Counted from the stretch's first letter, positions 49,667 to 60,286 are shown. The stretch: DNA of 64,000 nt from Candidatus Hydrogenedentota bacterium (GCA_029552745.1 JAKPDK010000070.1:325268-389267); one strand, 5' to 3'. Notes: a model not told the origin generated them from the letters alone. Made by a program: numbers and translations.

Positions 49667-49698
49667 CCGAGAAAAGTTCTGTCGCACTAAAAAGGGAC

Positions 49699-50016
49699 AT
49701 GGGCATGAAGACGCTTGTCGATACCATCTTGTCGTTGGAATCAGAGGCGGACTCTCGATTGGCGGCGGCCCGCACCGAAGCAAAACAAATAGAGGATAAC
49801 GCCAAAGCCGAAGTCGAAAAGATCAAGAAACAGATTGCTAGCGAGACAGACCAAAGAGTCGCTCAGTTCCGTGAGAAAGCGGAACAAGAGTTTCAAAAGA
49901 CGGCGTCTCAAATTGAAGAAGAACACAAAAGTGCCTTGCAAGAAATCGAGCAAGTCCCTGCCGACAAAGTGGCTTCCTTGGCAGATTACGTAGTTCAATG
50001 CTTCCAAGATTGGTGA
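49699..50016 (+). CDS. atpG: V/A-type ATPase small peripheral-stalk subunit (G/H-like)
   Basis: 105-aa charged helical protein (EAKQIEDNAKAEVEKIKKQIASE...) in the first operon position, as in the Thermus atpG-I-L-E-C-F-A-B-D operon. AAAAGGGA RBS. Confidence 0.6.
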   Translation: MGMKTLVDTILSLESEADSRLAAARTEAKQIEDNAKAEVEKIKKQIASETDQRVAQFREKAEQEFQKTASQIEEEHKSALQEIEQVPADKVASLADYVVQCFQDW

Positions 50017-50022
50017 TAAGTC

Positions 50023-52113
50023 ATGGCAATTGACTTACTTAAGAAAGTAACGTTTGTGTGTCCGGGCAGTTCTCCCCGACGCGTAATACGAACGCTTTTC
50101 AATCTTGGCGTAGTGGAAGTCGTGGATGCCGCAGAGAAATTTGAAGTGGAGTCCGAAGCGTTAAAGCACCCCGAAGTAACTACAGAAGAAGCCGACGACA
50201 AGTTGCGGCAGATTGACCTGATTCTCTCGCTTCTTGATACCTTAGCGCCTGAAAAACAGGGTTTTTTTGAAGGTCTTACGCCTTTGCCGCTTGTTGTGGA
50301 ACCCGGCGAAGTTGACAAAACCGTCAAAGAGTTTGACCTCGAACATCATTACAGTATTGCCAGCAAACTGGACGACACGTACCGCCGTACCGAGCGTCTC
50401 CTCGCCGAAATCCATACTCGTCTGGAGGAGCTGTATCCTTTTGAGGATCTACCCTTCTCAATTGCTGATTTCTCCAAGACGAAGAGGACGGTACTACTGA
50501 TTGGATATCTTCCGTTAGAGAAACTCCACCGGTTGAATGAATCAGAAGAGCCATGGGATCGAGTGGCATGGGAAATCGTTTTGCCGGGTGCCCTGATGCG
50601 GAAAGATGCCAGTCCGGAGAAAATACGAGAAGCTGAAGAGCTTGCCGCGAAGGGAAAACAGAATCGCGTTCGCGTTGTGTTTGCGTTCCTCAAAGAAGAT
50701 GAGACGACCGTTCGAAAGGCGCTCAGTGAATTGGGCTTCGAGGAAATGATTCTTCCTGTTTTGCCCGGGAAAGTGCGTGACCAGATTCGGGCCCTTAAGG
50801 GCGATTTGGCAGAGTATGAGGGGCGTTTACAGGAGGTCAGGAAACAGGTTGAGTCGATGAAACATCTGCGGCGGCCGCTAACTATTTTGAAAGCGGTTTG
50901 GCTCAGTAACCGAAATCGGCGGTTGGCTTCGGCAAAGAGTCTCCACGGCAAATGGACGCATGTTCTCTGCGGCTATGTCAGAGAACGGGATATTCCCCTT
51001 CTGGAGAAAACGATAAAGCACGAGTATCCCGAGGCTCTGCTAATTTTTGAGGATCCCAGTCCGGACGAGGACGTGCCGGTAAGCCTTTCCGCGCCCCGGT
51101 GGATTCGCCCGATAGGCTTGTTGGTCGAGATGTTTGGTTTGCCACCCTACGGTGGTTTCGATCCGTCTCCGTTTTTGCTGTTCAATTTCTATGTCTTTTT
51201 CGGGATATGTTTTAGTGATGTTGGCTATGGTCTGATGCTCATCGCGACTAGCGCCTACCTCATGTCGAAAACAAAAGACTATGAAGGGGTGAATCTTTTT
51301 GCACGGATACTGTTTCTTGCGGGATGCAGTACGGTAGTGTTTGGTGCTTTATTGGGTTCCTGGTTTGGGGATTTGTATAAGCCAGAGTTTTTGGGTGAAG
51401 GTAATCTGCTTCTAAAGCTCCAGCAGCGGTTTGCCATCCTTGATCCCATGGGAAAACCAGTGGAAGCGTTGGCGATTGCTTTGCTGATTGGGATGGCGAA
51501 TCAGTTCTACGGCATAATCCTAAAAGCGTATTCCTCTCTGCGCAAAGGGGATGTCGCCGGTGCTGTATTCGATGGGTTGTTTTGGCTCATCACGCTCCCT
51601 GGCTTGGTCATTATGGCGACGAAACTTTTCATGGATACGCCCCCCAATATTTTCCGTATTGGCATGTGGCTGTTTTTTGCCGGTGCGGTGGGACTTGTCC
51701 TTACGCAAGGACGGGACGTCAAAAACCCGATAGGCCGCATTCTGACGGGAATTGTGAGTCTATACGGTATTGTAGGTAGTTACGGCTGTACGGCATTTGT
51801 GGGGGACACGTTGTCCTATGGCCGATTGTTGGCGTTGGGTTTGACCACGTCCATAGTGGCTCAAACGTTCAATATGATGGCGGGTATGGTAAAGAATGTG
51901 CCTCATGTAGGTTGGCTTTTCTTCATCCTAATATTAGTTGTAGGTCATGTGTTTAATTTTTTGATAAGCCTATTGGGAGCGTTTGTGCATTCAATGCGTC
52001 TGATTTTTGTGGAATTCTTCGGGCGGTTTTACGAAGGGGGAGCAAGACCCTTCCAGCCGCTTGGTTTTGATTCGCCTTTGTGTATTCAGAAAAAGTCAGC
52101 CGGGTCGCATTAG
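50023..52113 (+). CDS. atpI: V/A-type ATPase subunit I (a-subunit homologue)
   Basis: 696 aa with a hydrophilic N-terminal half and a multi-TM C-terminal half containing the conserved Arg-bearing helix. Confidence 0.9.
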   Translation: MAIDLLKKVTFVCPGSSPRRVIRTLFNLGVVEVVDAAEKFEVESEALKHPEVTTEEADDKLRQIDLILSLLDTLAPEKQGFFEGLTPLPLVVEPGEVDKTVKEFDLEHHYSIASKLDDTYRRTERLLAEIHTRLEELYPFEDLPFSIADFSKTKRTVLLIGYLPLEKLHRLNESEEPWDRVAWEIVLPGALMRKDASPEKIREAEELAAKGKQNRVRVVFAFLKEDETTVRKALSELGFEEMILPVLPGKVRDQIRALKGDLAEYEGRLQEVRKQVESMKHLRRPLTILKAVWLSNRNRRLASAKSLHGKWTHVLCGYVRERDIPLLEKTIKHEYPEALLIFEDPSPDEDVPVSLSAPRWIRPIGLLVEMFGLPPYGGFDPSPFLLFNFYVFFGICFSDVGYGLMLIATSAYLMSKTKDYEGVNLFARILFLAGCSTVVFGALLGSWFGDLYKPEFLGEGNLLLKLQQRFAILDPMGKPVEALAIALLIGMANQFYGIILKAYSSLRKGDVAGAVFDGLFWLITLPGLVIMATKLFMDTPPNIFRIGMWLFFAGAVGLVLTQGRDVKNPIGRILTGIVSLYGIVGSYGCTAFVGDTLSYGRLLALGLTTSIVAQTFNMMAGMVKNVPHVGWLFFILILVVGHVFNFLISLLGAFVHSMRLIFVEFFGRFYEGGARPFQPLGFDSPLCIQKKSAGSH

Positions 52114-52171
52114 GCGGTTCGGCAAACCGATTCTAGTGTCAGTTGAACGATAAGATACGGAGGGGAAAAGG

Positions 52172-52702
52172 ATGTTTGGTGGATTAGAGATGGTAGAACT
52201 AGGCCGCGGTTTGGCGTATGGCGGAGCAGGCATTGCGTTCGGTTTAGCTGGGTGCGGTTCGGCCTGGGGCATTGCTATTGCTTCTCATCAAGCCGGCGGA
52301 GTGCTCAGGGAAAAACCTGACCTCTTTGGGCGTATGTTGATTTTCATTGGTTTGCCGGGAACCCAGGGTTTCTATGGGTTCATCATGGCTTTCCTGTTGA
52401 TGGCTCAGACGGGACTTATCCGTGGAGAACAAATCAATGTAGCGCCAGGAACCGGGCTTGCTCTCTTTTTCGTGGGCTTAGGCTTCGGTTTGGCACAGTT
52501 GGTGTCTGCCATTAAGCAGGGCGAAGCTTCGGCTGCGGCCATTGCCCTAGTGGCGCGCCGCCCGGAAGCGATGGGCCGGGCAATTCTGTTCCCTGCATTT
52601 GTGGAAACCTACGCAGTTGTCGCTCTTCTCGCCGCGATCTTGTTACTGAATTTCTTAACGAAGCCGGCCATTCTCGAATACGTCACCCAGTTGGCAAAAT
52701 AA
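52172..52702 (+). CDS. atpK: V/A-type ATPase proteolipid subunit K (c-subunit, duplicated hairpin, 4 TM)
   Basis: 176 aa, glycine-rich TM helices. TM2 has LPGTQGFY, TM3 has AIKQGE, TM4 has the carboxylate VETYAV. Confidence 0.9.
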   Translation: MFGGLEMVELGRGLAYGGAGIAFGLAGCGSAWGIAIASHQAGGVLREKPDLFGRMLIFIGLPGTQGFYGFIMAFLLMAQTGLIRGEQINVAPGTGLALFFVGLGFGLAQLVSAIKQGEASAAAIALVARRPEAMGRAILFPAFVETYAVVALLAAILLLNFLTKPAILEYVTQLAK

Positions 52703-52723
52703 GGTAGCATAAAGGAGCCTACT

Positions 52724-53317
52724 GTGACTGGCATCGAAAAAATTCGCAGTGCCGTGTTGGCTTCAGCTGAGAACGAGGCCTCACGCATTCTACAAACGGC
52801 CAAGAAACATGCAGAAGAAATTATAAAAGCAGGTAGGGAAGCTGCAGCACGCGAGGCAGAACATGACTACCGCATGCGTACACGTGCCATAGAAGAGGAA
52901 TATGCCCGGAAAATTATCCAGCTGCGCGGCGTTGCCAACAAAGAGATTCTGGAAAAAAAGAACAAACAGATTCAGGCGGTATTCCAAGCAGCAAGAGAGA
53001 AAATACTGAAATGGCCTAGGGATAAATATGCTCAATTAATGGCTCGTTTTTTAGAGAAAACAACGCAGGGCGTGCAGGGTGTCGTTCGCGTTCACGCGGA
53101 AGACAAAGAGCTTTTTTCCGAGATAGTTCGCCAAATCAACTCATCCCGTGGCGTCCAGGAACAACTGGCACTAGACGAGAGCGAGTTTTTGCCCGAAAAG
53201 GGCGGATTTGTCTTTATCGCCTCCGATTATGAGGTTGATGCGCGTTTGGACACAATTCTGGCAGATTTGGAGCGGCAGCTGACACCTGAATTGGCGGTTA
53301 AACTGTTTGAGGAATAA
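52724..53317 (+). CDS. atpE: V/A-type ATPase subunit E
   Basis: 197 aa, a long charged N-terminal helix plus a C-terminal globular part. GTG start with an AAAGGAG RBS. Confidence 0.8.
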   Translation: MTGIEKIRSAVLASAENEASRILQTAKKHAEEIIKAGREAAAREAEHDYRMRTRAIEEEYARKIIQLRGVANKEILEKKNKQIQAVFQAAREKILKWPRDKYAQLMARFLEKTTQGVQGVVRVHAEDKELFSEIVRQINSSRGVQEQLALDESEFLPEKGGFVFIASDYEVDARLDTILADLERQLTPELAVKLFEE

Positions 53318-53330
53318 CGAGTAGATCAGC

Positions 53331-54311
53331 GTGGTACCAAGAATAAGACAGAATTCTAAATGGGGATTTGTGTGCGGGCGGATTAGTGTCCTTGAGGCGC
53401 GCCTCGTCTCGATGGATTTTTACGCTACCCTGCTTGCTCAAGAGCATTTGGACGACTTGATTCCCCATCTTCAAGATACGTTTCTGCGTGAGTATTTGGG
53501 GCCGGGTTCGCCCTGGGAGGATTTTAGTGCCCTTACGGATCGGTGTTTTTTCGAATTAGCTCATTCCTTGCGGGAAGATTGTCCTGACCCGACGCCAGTA
53601 GACTTGTTTCTCTTAAACGGAGACTACATGAATTTGAAAAACGCCTTGGTCGGGTTTACGTCTTTTCCGTTTCGAACGACGTGGTTGAGTTCCGAAAAAC
53701 TTGCGGCTATCGCCGGCGGAGATAATAACCTGTTGCCCGAGATTGTCCAGGAAGCCGGCGTTGCTTTGTTGCGGGAGTCAATGGATGCTACCGCTCTTGA
53801 TGCCGCCTTGGACGGCGCGTATTTGCGACATTTGTTGAGGCTTGCTCGAGAGTTTGGTAACCCTACCATTGAAGAATGTGTGAGGGAACGTGTGTTGTCA
53901 AGAGCGGTAGGGGTTGTCTGGCGTGCGGTGCGGCTCCAAGCTGGGTTACGAAATCATCAGCAGTATTTTCTACCTCTGGAAGATTTCACTCCTGTCGTGA
54001 CGGACCTGATGGCGTCTGCCGATGTTCGTGCTTGGACGGGGATCTTAAGTGGGCCTGTCGGAGATTTGTTCGAGAAAGCTCTTGAATTCCCAGAGGACGA
54101 GCAAGTGTCTCAATTTGAGCTAATGTGCGCCAATCGGTTGACCTGTTCCGCGAGGGACGGCGTTTATCAGACGGCGGGCCCCGAGCGTGTTTTTTCCTTT
54201 TTGGTAGCGTTGTATGCTGAAATGCAAAATGTGAAACTGGTAGTGTGCGGGCGCTTGAATCGGGTTGACCTGGATCTTTTGCGGCGTAGATTGAGAGTGT
54301 GCTATGGCTAA
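53331..54311 (+). CDS. atpC: V/A-type ATPase subunit C (d-subunit homologue)
   Basis: 326 aa. The N-terminal FVCGRISVLEARLVS..FYATLL pattern matches the NtpC/AtpC N-terminus. Confidence 0.8.
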   Translation: MVPRIRQNSKWGFVCGRISVLEARLVSMDFYATLLAQEHLDDLIPHLQDTFLREYLGPGSPWEDFSALTDRCFFELAHSLREDCPDPTPVDLFLLNGDYMNLKNALVGFTSFPFRTTWLSSEKLAAIAGGDNNLLPEIVQEAGVALLRESMDATALDAALDGAYLRHLLRLAREFGNPTIEECVRERVLSRAVGVVWRAVRLQAGLRNHQQYFLPLEDFTPVVTDLMASADVRAWTGILSGPVGDLFEKALEFPEDEQVSQFELMCANRLTCSARDGVYQTAGPERVFSFLVALYAEMQNVKLVVCGRLNRVDLDLLRRRLRVCYG

Positions 54312-54624
54312 AGCGTACGCGGTAGGTGAGCGGCAACTTATTTTGGGTTTTAAAGGTGTAGGCTTTGAGATTATTCCCGTTGACGAGCCGTCAAAACTAC
54401 CCGCGGAGTTGCAGCGGTTGGCCCGCGAGAAGGACGTCGCATTGGTATTACTGACGGAGAGTATTGTGAAAGGCGTTAGTGAGGCGCTGCATGAGTTCCG
54501 CGAACGAAGTACTGCCGTTGTTACGATCATTCCGACGCATGAAGGTTCGCGGCATGTAAGCTTCGAAGAAACGCGTCGAATGGTTGAGCGTTCTCTTGGT
54601 GTTGATATTTTAGGCAAAGACTAA
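54304..54624 (+). CDS. atpF: V/A-type ATPase subunit F
   Basis: 106 aa. ILGFKGVGFEI...VALVLLTE matches subunit F. Overlaps the atpC stop by 8 nt. Confidence 0.8.
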   Translation: MAKAYAVGERQLILGFKGVGFEIIPVDEPSKLPAELQRLAREKDVALVLLTESIVKGVSEALHEFRERSTAVVTIIPTHEGSRHVSFEETRRMVERSLGVDILGKD

Positions 54625-54644
54625 TAAAGACGGGGACAAGTGGC

Positions 54645-56405
54645 ATGAACGAAACGCACGGCGAAGTGGTGAAAGTGTCCGGACCGCTCGTGGTAGCGCG
54701 CGGGTTAACCGGCGCAAGAATGTATGAAATGGTGCGTGTCGGCGAGGCACGTTTGTTCGGTGAAATCATCGAGATTCGCGGCGACGATTACTCCATCCAA
54801 GTATACGAGGAGACGGAAGGAATCGGCCCCGGGCAATCTGTTTGGAGGACCGGCGAAGCTCTCAGTGTGGAACTCGGTCCTGGCTTGATACGGTCTATTT
54901 ATGACGGCGTGCAACGTCCGCTTGATGCACTGGCGAGGGATTTCGGGGATTTTATTGTGCGGGGTGCGGAACGCCCCGCGCTGGATAGAAGTGTAGAGTG
55001 GACGTTTACGCCCGTAGCAAAAGTTGGGGACAAGGTTCAACCGGGAGATGTGCTCGGCACCATTCAGGAAAGTAAATTAGTGGAGCATCGGATTCTTGTT
55101 CCTCCCAATCGCTCGGGAATTATAAAAAAGATTGCCCCGGTTAAGGGAAATGTAGACACGGAAATAGCCGTTCTCGAAACCGCTTCGGGTTTGGTATCTT
55201 TAACCATGGTGCAACGCTGGCCTGTCCGCTTGCCGCGTCCTGTAAAAAGGAAATTCCCTCCTACGGAGTGTTTGGTTACGGGTCAACGCGTCATCGACAT
55301 GTTTTTCCCCATCACCAAGGGAGGTACGGCTTGTGTTCCCGGCCCGTTTGGAAGTGGCAAAACTGTCGTACAACATCAGCTGGCGAAATGGGCAGACGCG
55401 CAAATCATTGTGTATGTAGGATGTGGCGAGCGTGGTAACGAGATGACGGACGTGTTGATGGAGTTTCCGCACTTAAAAGACCCATCTTCCGGAGAACCTC
55501 TCATGGAACGCACCGTATTGGTTGCGAATACATCAAACATGCCGGTTGCGGCGCGGGAAGCCAGTGTGTTTACGGGCATCGCTATCGCGGAGTATTTTAG
55601 AGATATGGGCTATTCAGTCGCCTTGATGGCTGACTCCACTAGTCGGTGGGCAGAGGCGATGCGCGAAATATCTGGGCGACTGGAAGAAATGCCCGGCGAA
55701 GAAGGTTATCCTGCCTATCTCGGTTCGCGGATTGCCAGCTTTTATGAACGTGCGGGCAATGTGCAATGTCTGGGGTCCGATGACCGCCGGGGCTCGCTCT
55801 CTCTTATCGGGGCTGTTTCCCCGCCAGGCGGGGACCTTTCCGAACCGGTTGTTCAGGCAACGCTTCGTGTGGTGAAAGTATTCTGGGGGCTGGACGACAA
55901 ACTGGCGTTCGCGCGGCATTTCCCCGCAATTAGTTGGCTCAATTCATATTCCCTGTACCAAACGGTTGTAGATGAAGAAGAGAACAGCAAGATAGGTCCA
56001 ACTTGGTCTGCGAAACGCAAGCAAGCCATGGCTATTCTGCAGCGTGAGGCAGAACTTGAGGAACTAGTTCGTCTTGTGGGAATTGATGCGTTAGCGGCAG
56101 ATGACAGGTTGCTACTGCAGGCCGCCAAGATGGTGAGAGAAGACTTTCTTCATCAGAACGCATTTGACGAACGGGATACTTATACCTCCTTAAAGAAACA
56201 GTTCCGGCTTCTCGCTGTGATTTTGCATTATTATGCGGAGGCTAAGTCCGCTCTGGCGAACGGTGCTTCGCTGACGGACTTGATTACTTTGCCTGTTTTG
56301 GAGGAGATTTCCCGCGCTAAATTGATTCCCGAGGATGAGTTATCCAAGTTCGACGAACTCGAGAAACGCATTTCGGAGTCGGTAAAAGCCTTGGTTCAAG
56401 TTTGA
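54645..56405 (+). CDS. atpA: V/A-type ATPase catalytic subunit A
   Basis: 586 aa. P-loop GPFGSGKT, the non-homologous insert region, and [14 protein letters not shown]. Confidence 0.95.
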   Translation: MNETHGEVVKVSGPLVVARGLTGARMYEMVRVGEARLFGEIIEIRGDDYSIQVYEETEGIGPGQSVWRTGEALSVELGPGLIRSIYDGVQRPLDALARDFGDFIVRGAERPALDRSVEWTFTPVAKVGDKVQPGDVLGTIQESKLVEHRILVPPNRSGIIKKIAPVKGNVDTEIAVLETASGLVSLTMVQRWPVRLPRPVKRKFPPTECLVTGQRVIDMFFPITKGGTACVPGPFGSGKTVVQHQLAKWADAQIIVYVGCGERGNEMTDVLMEFPHLKDPSSGEPLMERTVLVANTSNMPVAAREASVFTGIAIAEYFRDMGYSVALMADSTSRWAEAMREISGRLEEMPGEEGYPAYLGSRIASFYERAGNVQCLGSDDRRGSLSLIGAVSPPGGDLSEPVVQATLRVVKVFWGLDDKLAFARHFPAISWLNSYSLYQTVVDEEENSKIGPTWSAKRKQAMAILQREAELEELVRLVGIDALAADDRLLLQAAKMVREDFLHQNAFDERDTYTSLKKQFRLLAVILHYYAEAKSALANGASLTDLITLPVLEEISRAKLIPEDELSKFDELEKRISESVKALVQV

Positions 56406-56418
56406 ATGAGGTGAAAAA

Positions 56419-57813
56419 ATGACCACAGTTACTAGAGAGTACCGGACAGTTCGCCAAATTATCGGGCCTTTGATGTTAGTCGAAGGGGTTGAAGGCATTA
56501 CCTACGGCGAGCTCACTGATATAAAACTGAGTGATGGTTCCATGCGTCGTGGCCGCGTGTTGGAAGTCAGCGGCGACAAAGCCATGGTACAAGTCTTTGA
56601 GGGTACAAGTGGTCTATCGCCCCAAGATGTCCGAGTGAAATTTTTGGGGAAGGGTATTGAACTAGGGGTTTCGACAGATATGTTGGGGCGCGTTTTCGAT
56701 GGATTCGGACGTCCCGTTGACGGGGGACCCCCTATTATCCCAGAAAAATGGCTCAATGTGAATGGGAATCCGTTGAATCCTTACGCACGAGATTATCCGA
56801 ATGAGTTTATCCAGACCGGTATCTCAACAATCGATTTGCTAAATACCCTTGTTCGTGGTCAAAAGCTTCCCATTTTCTCTGGCTCAGGGCTGCCTCATTC
56901 TCGGCTTGCGGCTCAAATTGCTCGCCAGGCAACCGTTCTAAAGACTGGAGAAAAGTTTGCAGTCGTTTTTGCAGCAATGGGAATTACATTTGAGGAAGCA
57001 GAATTCTTTATCGCGGATTTCCGACGCACAGGTGCTATTGAGCGCTCTGTTCTGTTTCGGAATTTGGCAGACGACCCACCCATCGAACGGATTGCTGTTC
57101 CACGAATGGCTTTGACTACAGCAGAGTATCTTGCCTACGAAAAGGATATGCATGTTCTTGTCATTTTGACTGACTTGACCAACTATTGCGAGGCTCTCAG
57201 CGAGATCTCCGCGGCGCGTAAAGAAGTTCCCGGGCGGCGCGGCTATCCTGGTTATTTGTATACGGACTTGTCGACGCTTTATGAAAGGGCAGGGCGCATA
57301 AAAGGCAAGACCGGCTCTATTACCCAGATACCGGTTTTGACGATGCCGGAAGATGACAAGACCCATCCCATACCTGATTTGACGGGTTACATCACGGAAG
57401 GCCAGATTATTCTTCACCGGGGACTTCATGCTCAAGGGATTTATCCGCCAGTAGATGTGTTGCCTTCTCTGTCACGCCTCAAAGATAAGGGAATCGGGGC
57501 AGGAAAGACGCGAGAAGATCATGCCGATGTCATGAATCAATTGTATTCGGCATATGCTCGTGGCAAGAACGCTAAGGAGCTTGCCGTGGTTCTGGGCGAA
57601 TCGGCGTTGAGTGACGTAGATTTGTTATTTGTCAAGTTTGCGGATGCGTTCGAAGATCGGTTTGTGCGGCAGGGTGAAGATGAAAACCGCAGCATAGAAG
57701 ACAGTCTTCGTATAGGTTGGGATTTGTTGGCTATGTTGCCCAGAAACGAGTTGAAACGAGTCCGCGATGCGTGGATCGAGAAGTATTATCCGAAACAATC
57801 TGCGACGGCTTAA
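56419..57813 (+). CDS. atpB: V/A-type ATPase subunit B
   Basis: 464 aa. Typical B subunit ([26 protein letters not shown], no canonical P-loop). Confidence 0.95.
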   Translation: MTTVTREYRTVRQIIGPLMLVEGVEGITYGELTDIKLSDGSMRRGRVLEVSGDKAMVQVFEGTSGLSPQDVRVKFLGKGIELGVSTDMLGRVFDGFGRPVDGGPPIIPEKWLNVNGNPLNPYARDYPNEFIQTGISTIDLLNTLVRGQKLPIFSGSGLPHSRLAAQIARQATVLKTGEKFAVVFAAMGITFEEAEFFIADFRRTGAIERSVLFRNLADDPPIERIAVPRMALTTAEYLAYEKDMHVLVILTDLTNYCEALSEISAARKEVPGRRGYPGYLYTDLSTLYERAGRIKGKTGSITQIPVLTMPEDDKTHPIPDLTGYITEGQIILHRGLHAQGIYPPVDVLPSLSRLKDKGIGAGKTREDHADVMNQLYSAYARGKNAKELAVVLGESALSDVDLLFVKFADAFEDRFVRQGEDENRSIEDSLRIGWDLLAMLPRNELKRVRDAWIEKYYPKQSATA

Positions 57814-57852
57814 GTTTAAGATAGGACATACGTCAGTTAAGGGAAGACTTGT

Positions 57853-58479
57853 ATGCGTTTGGCCGTAAACCCAACTCGAATGGAGTTACTGCGACTTCGC
57901 CGTCGCTTGGTTGTAGCGCAGCGAGGGCATAAACTCTTGAAAGATAAACTAGACGGGCTTATGAAAGAGTTTATGCAGGTGGCCAAAGAGTACAAGACGG
58001 CCAGGCTCGCTGTTGACGATGAATTACCTTATGTACTCAAGCTCTTTGTGCTAGCGGAAATCACTTCTACGCGGCTGATTACCGAAAACGCTTTGGAAAA
58101 TACGCGTCAGGATTTGGATCTGGTTCCGGGGCGCCGTCGTTTGATGGGAGTCATAGTCCCCCAGTTTGAGATCAATTTTGGCAAATCGTCGGGTGGTTAT
58201 TCGTTTGTGCACACCTCTCCCGAGTTAGACCAGGCTATTGTCCGTTTGAAAGAATTTTTGCCCAAGCTGTTGAAAATGGCGGAACTTGAAGAAATCGTTC
58301 GGCGTTTGAGTCGGGAAATTGAGAAAACGCGGCGACGGGTGAATGCGTTGGAGCATACGTTTATACCGAGAATGGTAGAAACCATAAAATTTATTACGAG
58401 CAAGTTGGACGAGATGGAACGCTCGAACACAAGCCGTCTGATGAAGATTAAAGCCCAGCGGATGTCGGAGAGTATCTGA
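57853..58479 (+). CDS. atpD: V/A-type ATPase subunit D (central stalk)
   Basis: 208 aa. RMELLRLRRRLVVAQRGHKLLKDK is the characteristic N-terminus. Confidence 0.9.
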   Translation: MRLAVNPTRMELLRLRRRLVVAQRGHKLLKDKLDGLMKEFMQVAKEYKTARLAVDDELPYVLKLFVLAEITSTRLITENALENTRQDLDLVPGRRRLMGVIVPQFEINFGKSSGGYSFVHTSPELDQAIVRLKEFLPKLLKMAELEEIVRRLSREIEKTRRRVNALEHTFIPRMVETIKFITSKLDEMERSNTSRLMKIKAQRMSESI

Positions 58480-58492
58480 ATATCTGGGTCAG

Positions 58493-59368
58493 TTACCCTT
58501 TGAGCCCGGAAAGGGCTATCCCGCCTATTAGGTAACGTTGCGCCAGGCATGTTAGGGCTATCAACGGGAAACTAGCAATTACTGACCCTGCAAAAACGCT
58601 ATTCCAGTAAATCCATGCCTCGTTTCGGAAGCTAGCCAAGCCTACCGTAATTGGGTACAAATCCCAGTCGGTTAGAACTACCAATGGCCACAAAAAGTCA
58701 GACCATGCACCGATAAAAATAAACAGACCCAGCGTCACCAACGCCGGACGTGCCAAGGGCAGAATGATACGCCAGTAAACGCCGAATCGCGTACATCCAT
58801 CGATACGTGCGGCATCTTCAATGTCTGTAGGAATGTTCAAAAAGAACTGGCGAAGCATGAATATTCCGAAGGCACCCGCGAATCCTGGCAACATCACCCC
58901 CAGACGTGTATCGGCAAGTCCTATTTTGACAATAATCAAATAGGTCGGTACCAGAGTAACCGCCCCTGGCAAAATGATGGTAGCCAGTAACAAACTGAAC
59001 AAGAGATTTTTCCCTCTGAAGGTTAAACGCGCGAACGCAAATGCTGCCAAGGAGTCCAAGAAGAGTTGAGCAAGCGTTGTTGCCGATGCATAGAGGACAC
59101 TGTTCCCTAAATAGATACTGATACGTCCTAAGGTGAGCGCGCGAAGATACGCTTCAAAGCTTACGGGTCGAGGCAATAATCGGTAGGGGTGCAGCGTGAA
59201 ATCTTCCACCGTTTTCAGAGAGCTGATTAAAAGCCAAACGTATGGGGCGGCCATCGCCACCGCGCCAAGTAGAATGACAACTCCCATGAGGAAGTTCGCC
59301 ACCTTGCGTACCGCTTGGTGCGCAGAAATTAAGTTTGTTTCTTTCACGGTGAATAATTGTTTTTCCAT
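58493..59368 (-). CDS. carbohydrate ABC transporter permease (MalG-like)
   Basis: 291 aa, 6 TM, with the EAA-like motif region (DIEDAARIDGCTRFGVYWRIILPLARPAL). Confidence 0.85.
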   Translation of the reverse strand: MEKQLFTVKETNLISAHQAVRKVANFLMGVVILLGAVAMAAPYVWLLISSLKTVEDFTLHPYRLLPRPVSFEAYLRALTLGRISIYLGNSVLYASATTLAQLFLDSLAAFAFARLTFRGKNLLFSLLLATIILPGAVTLVPTYLIIVKIGLADTRLGVMLPGFAGAFGIFMLRQFFLNIPTDIEDAARIDGCTRFGVYWRIILPLARPALVTLGLFIFIGAWSDFLWPLVVLTDWDLYPITVGLASFRNEAWIYWNSVFAGSVIASFPLIALTCLAQRYLIGGIALSGLKG

Positions 59369-60286
59369 TTAGTCGTAAAGTTTGGTAGAGCGTACAAGAC
59401 GCATCTGTAGAACAACGAAAAATGCAATAATGGCAAACAACACCCAAGCCATGGCAGCTGCATATCCCATCCTACCTACGAATTGGAAAGCGTTCCGAAA
59501 GATTTGTGCTTGGACAACTTCCGTAGCGTTTTGTGGACCGCCGTTTGTCATGATATAGACTTGCGTGAACACTTGGTATGAGCCGATGATCAGCATCACC
59601 ATGACAAAGACCAGGGTATTTCGTAGAAGCGGTATCGTAATGTACAGGAATCTCCGCAAGGGTCCCGCACCGTCGATGAGGGCGGCCTCGTAATACATTT
59701 TGGGTATGTCGCTCAAACCTGCCATAAACACGATCATGTAATAACCCACCGATTGCCACGCGCTGACGACCACAATAGCAGGCATGGCGGAATGTGGATT
59801 TTGCAGCCAGTTTGGGCCAGATATCCCTATAGTAGCGAGTATTTGATTCACCGCACCATCGTCTCGGAGTAACCATACCCAAAGAAGCGATACCACAACG
59901 CCTGGAGTGATGGAAGGAATAAAATAGATAACTTTTATGACAGGACTGCCTCGTCCCGCTCGGTCTGCCAATAATGCAAGAATTAAGGCTCCCAAAAGTA
60001 TTGATGGTACAGCCATCAGAGCGTAGTAGGAGGTATTGAGTAAAGAAAGGAGAAAGACCTCATCGTGCAAGAGTTCTCGGTAATTCTCGAGTCCAACAAA
60101 AGGGCAACGTTTGGCGAGTACGTCGTAGTTGTGCAAACTGATCCAAAGGGAGTAAGCAATGGCGATGCAAGAGAACGTGCCTATCAATAATAAACTGGGA
60201 CCTACAAAGATGTAGGCTGACAAATTGCTAGATAGTTGGCAAAAAAACGAGGTGGATTTTCTATGAGCCGAACCATTTCCGGTCAT
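59369..60286 (-). CDS. carbohydrate ABC transporter permease (MalF-like)
   Basis: 305 aa, 6 TM, with an EAA motif (YEAALIDGAGPLRRFLYITIPLL). The stop abuts the next permease. Confidence 0.85.
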   Translation of the reverse strand: MTGNGSAHRKSTSFFCQLSSNLSAYIFVGPSLLLIGTFSCIAIAYSLWISLHNYDVLAKRCPFVGLENYRELLHDEVFLLSLLNTSYYALMAVPSILLGALILALLADRAGRGSPVIKVIYFIPSITPGVVVSLLWVWLLRDDGAVNQILATIGISGPNWLQNPHSAMPAIVVVSAWQSVGYYMIVFMAGLSDIPKMYYEAALIDGAGPLRRFLYITIPLLRNTLVFVMVMLIIGSYQVFTQVYIMTNGGPQNATEVVQAQIFRNAFQFVGRMGYAAAMAWVLFAIIAFFVVLQMRLVRSTKLYD

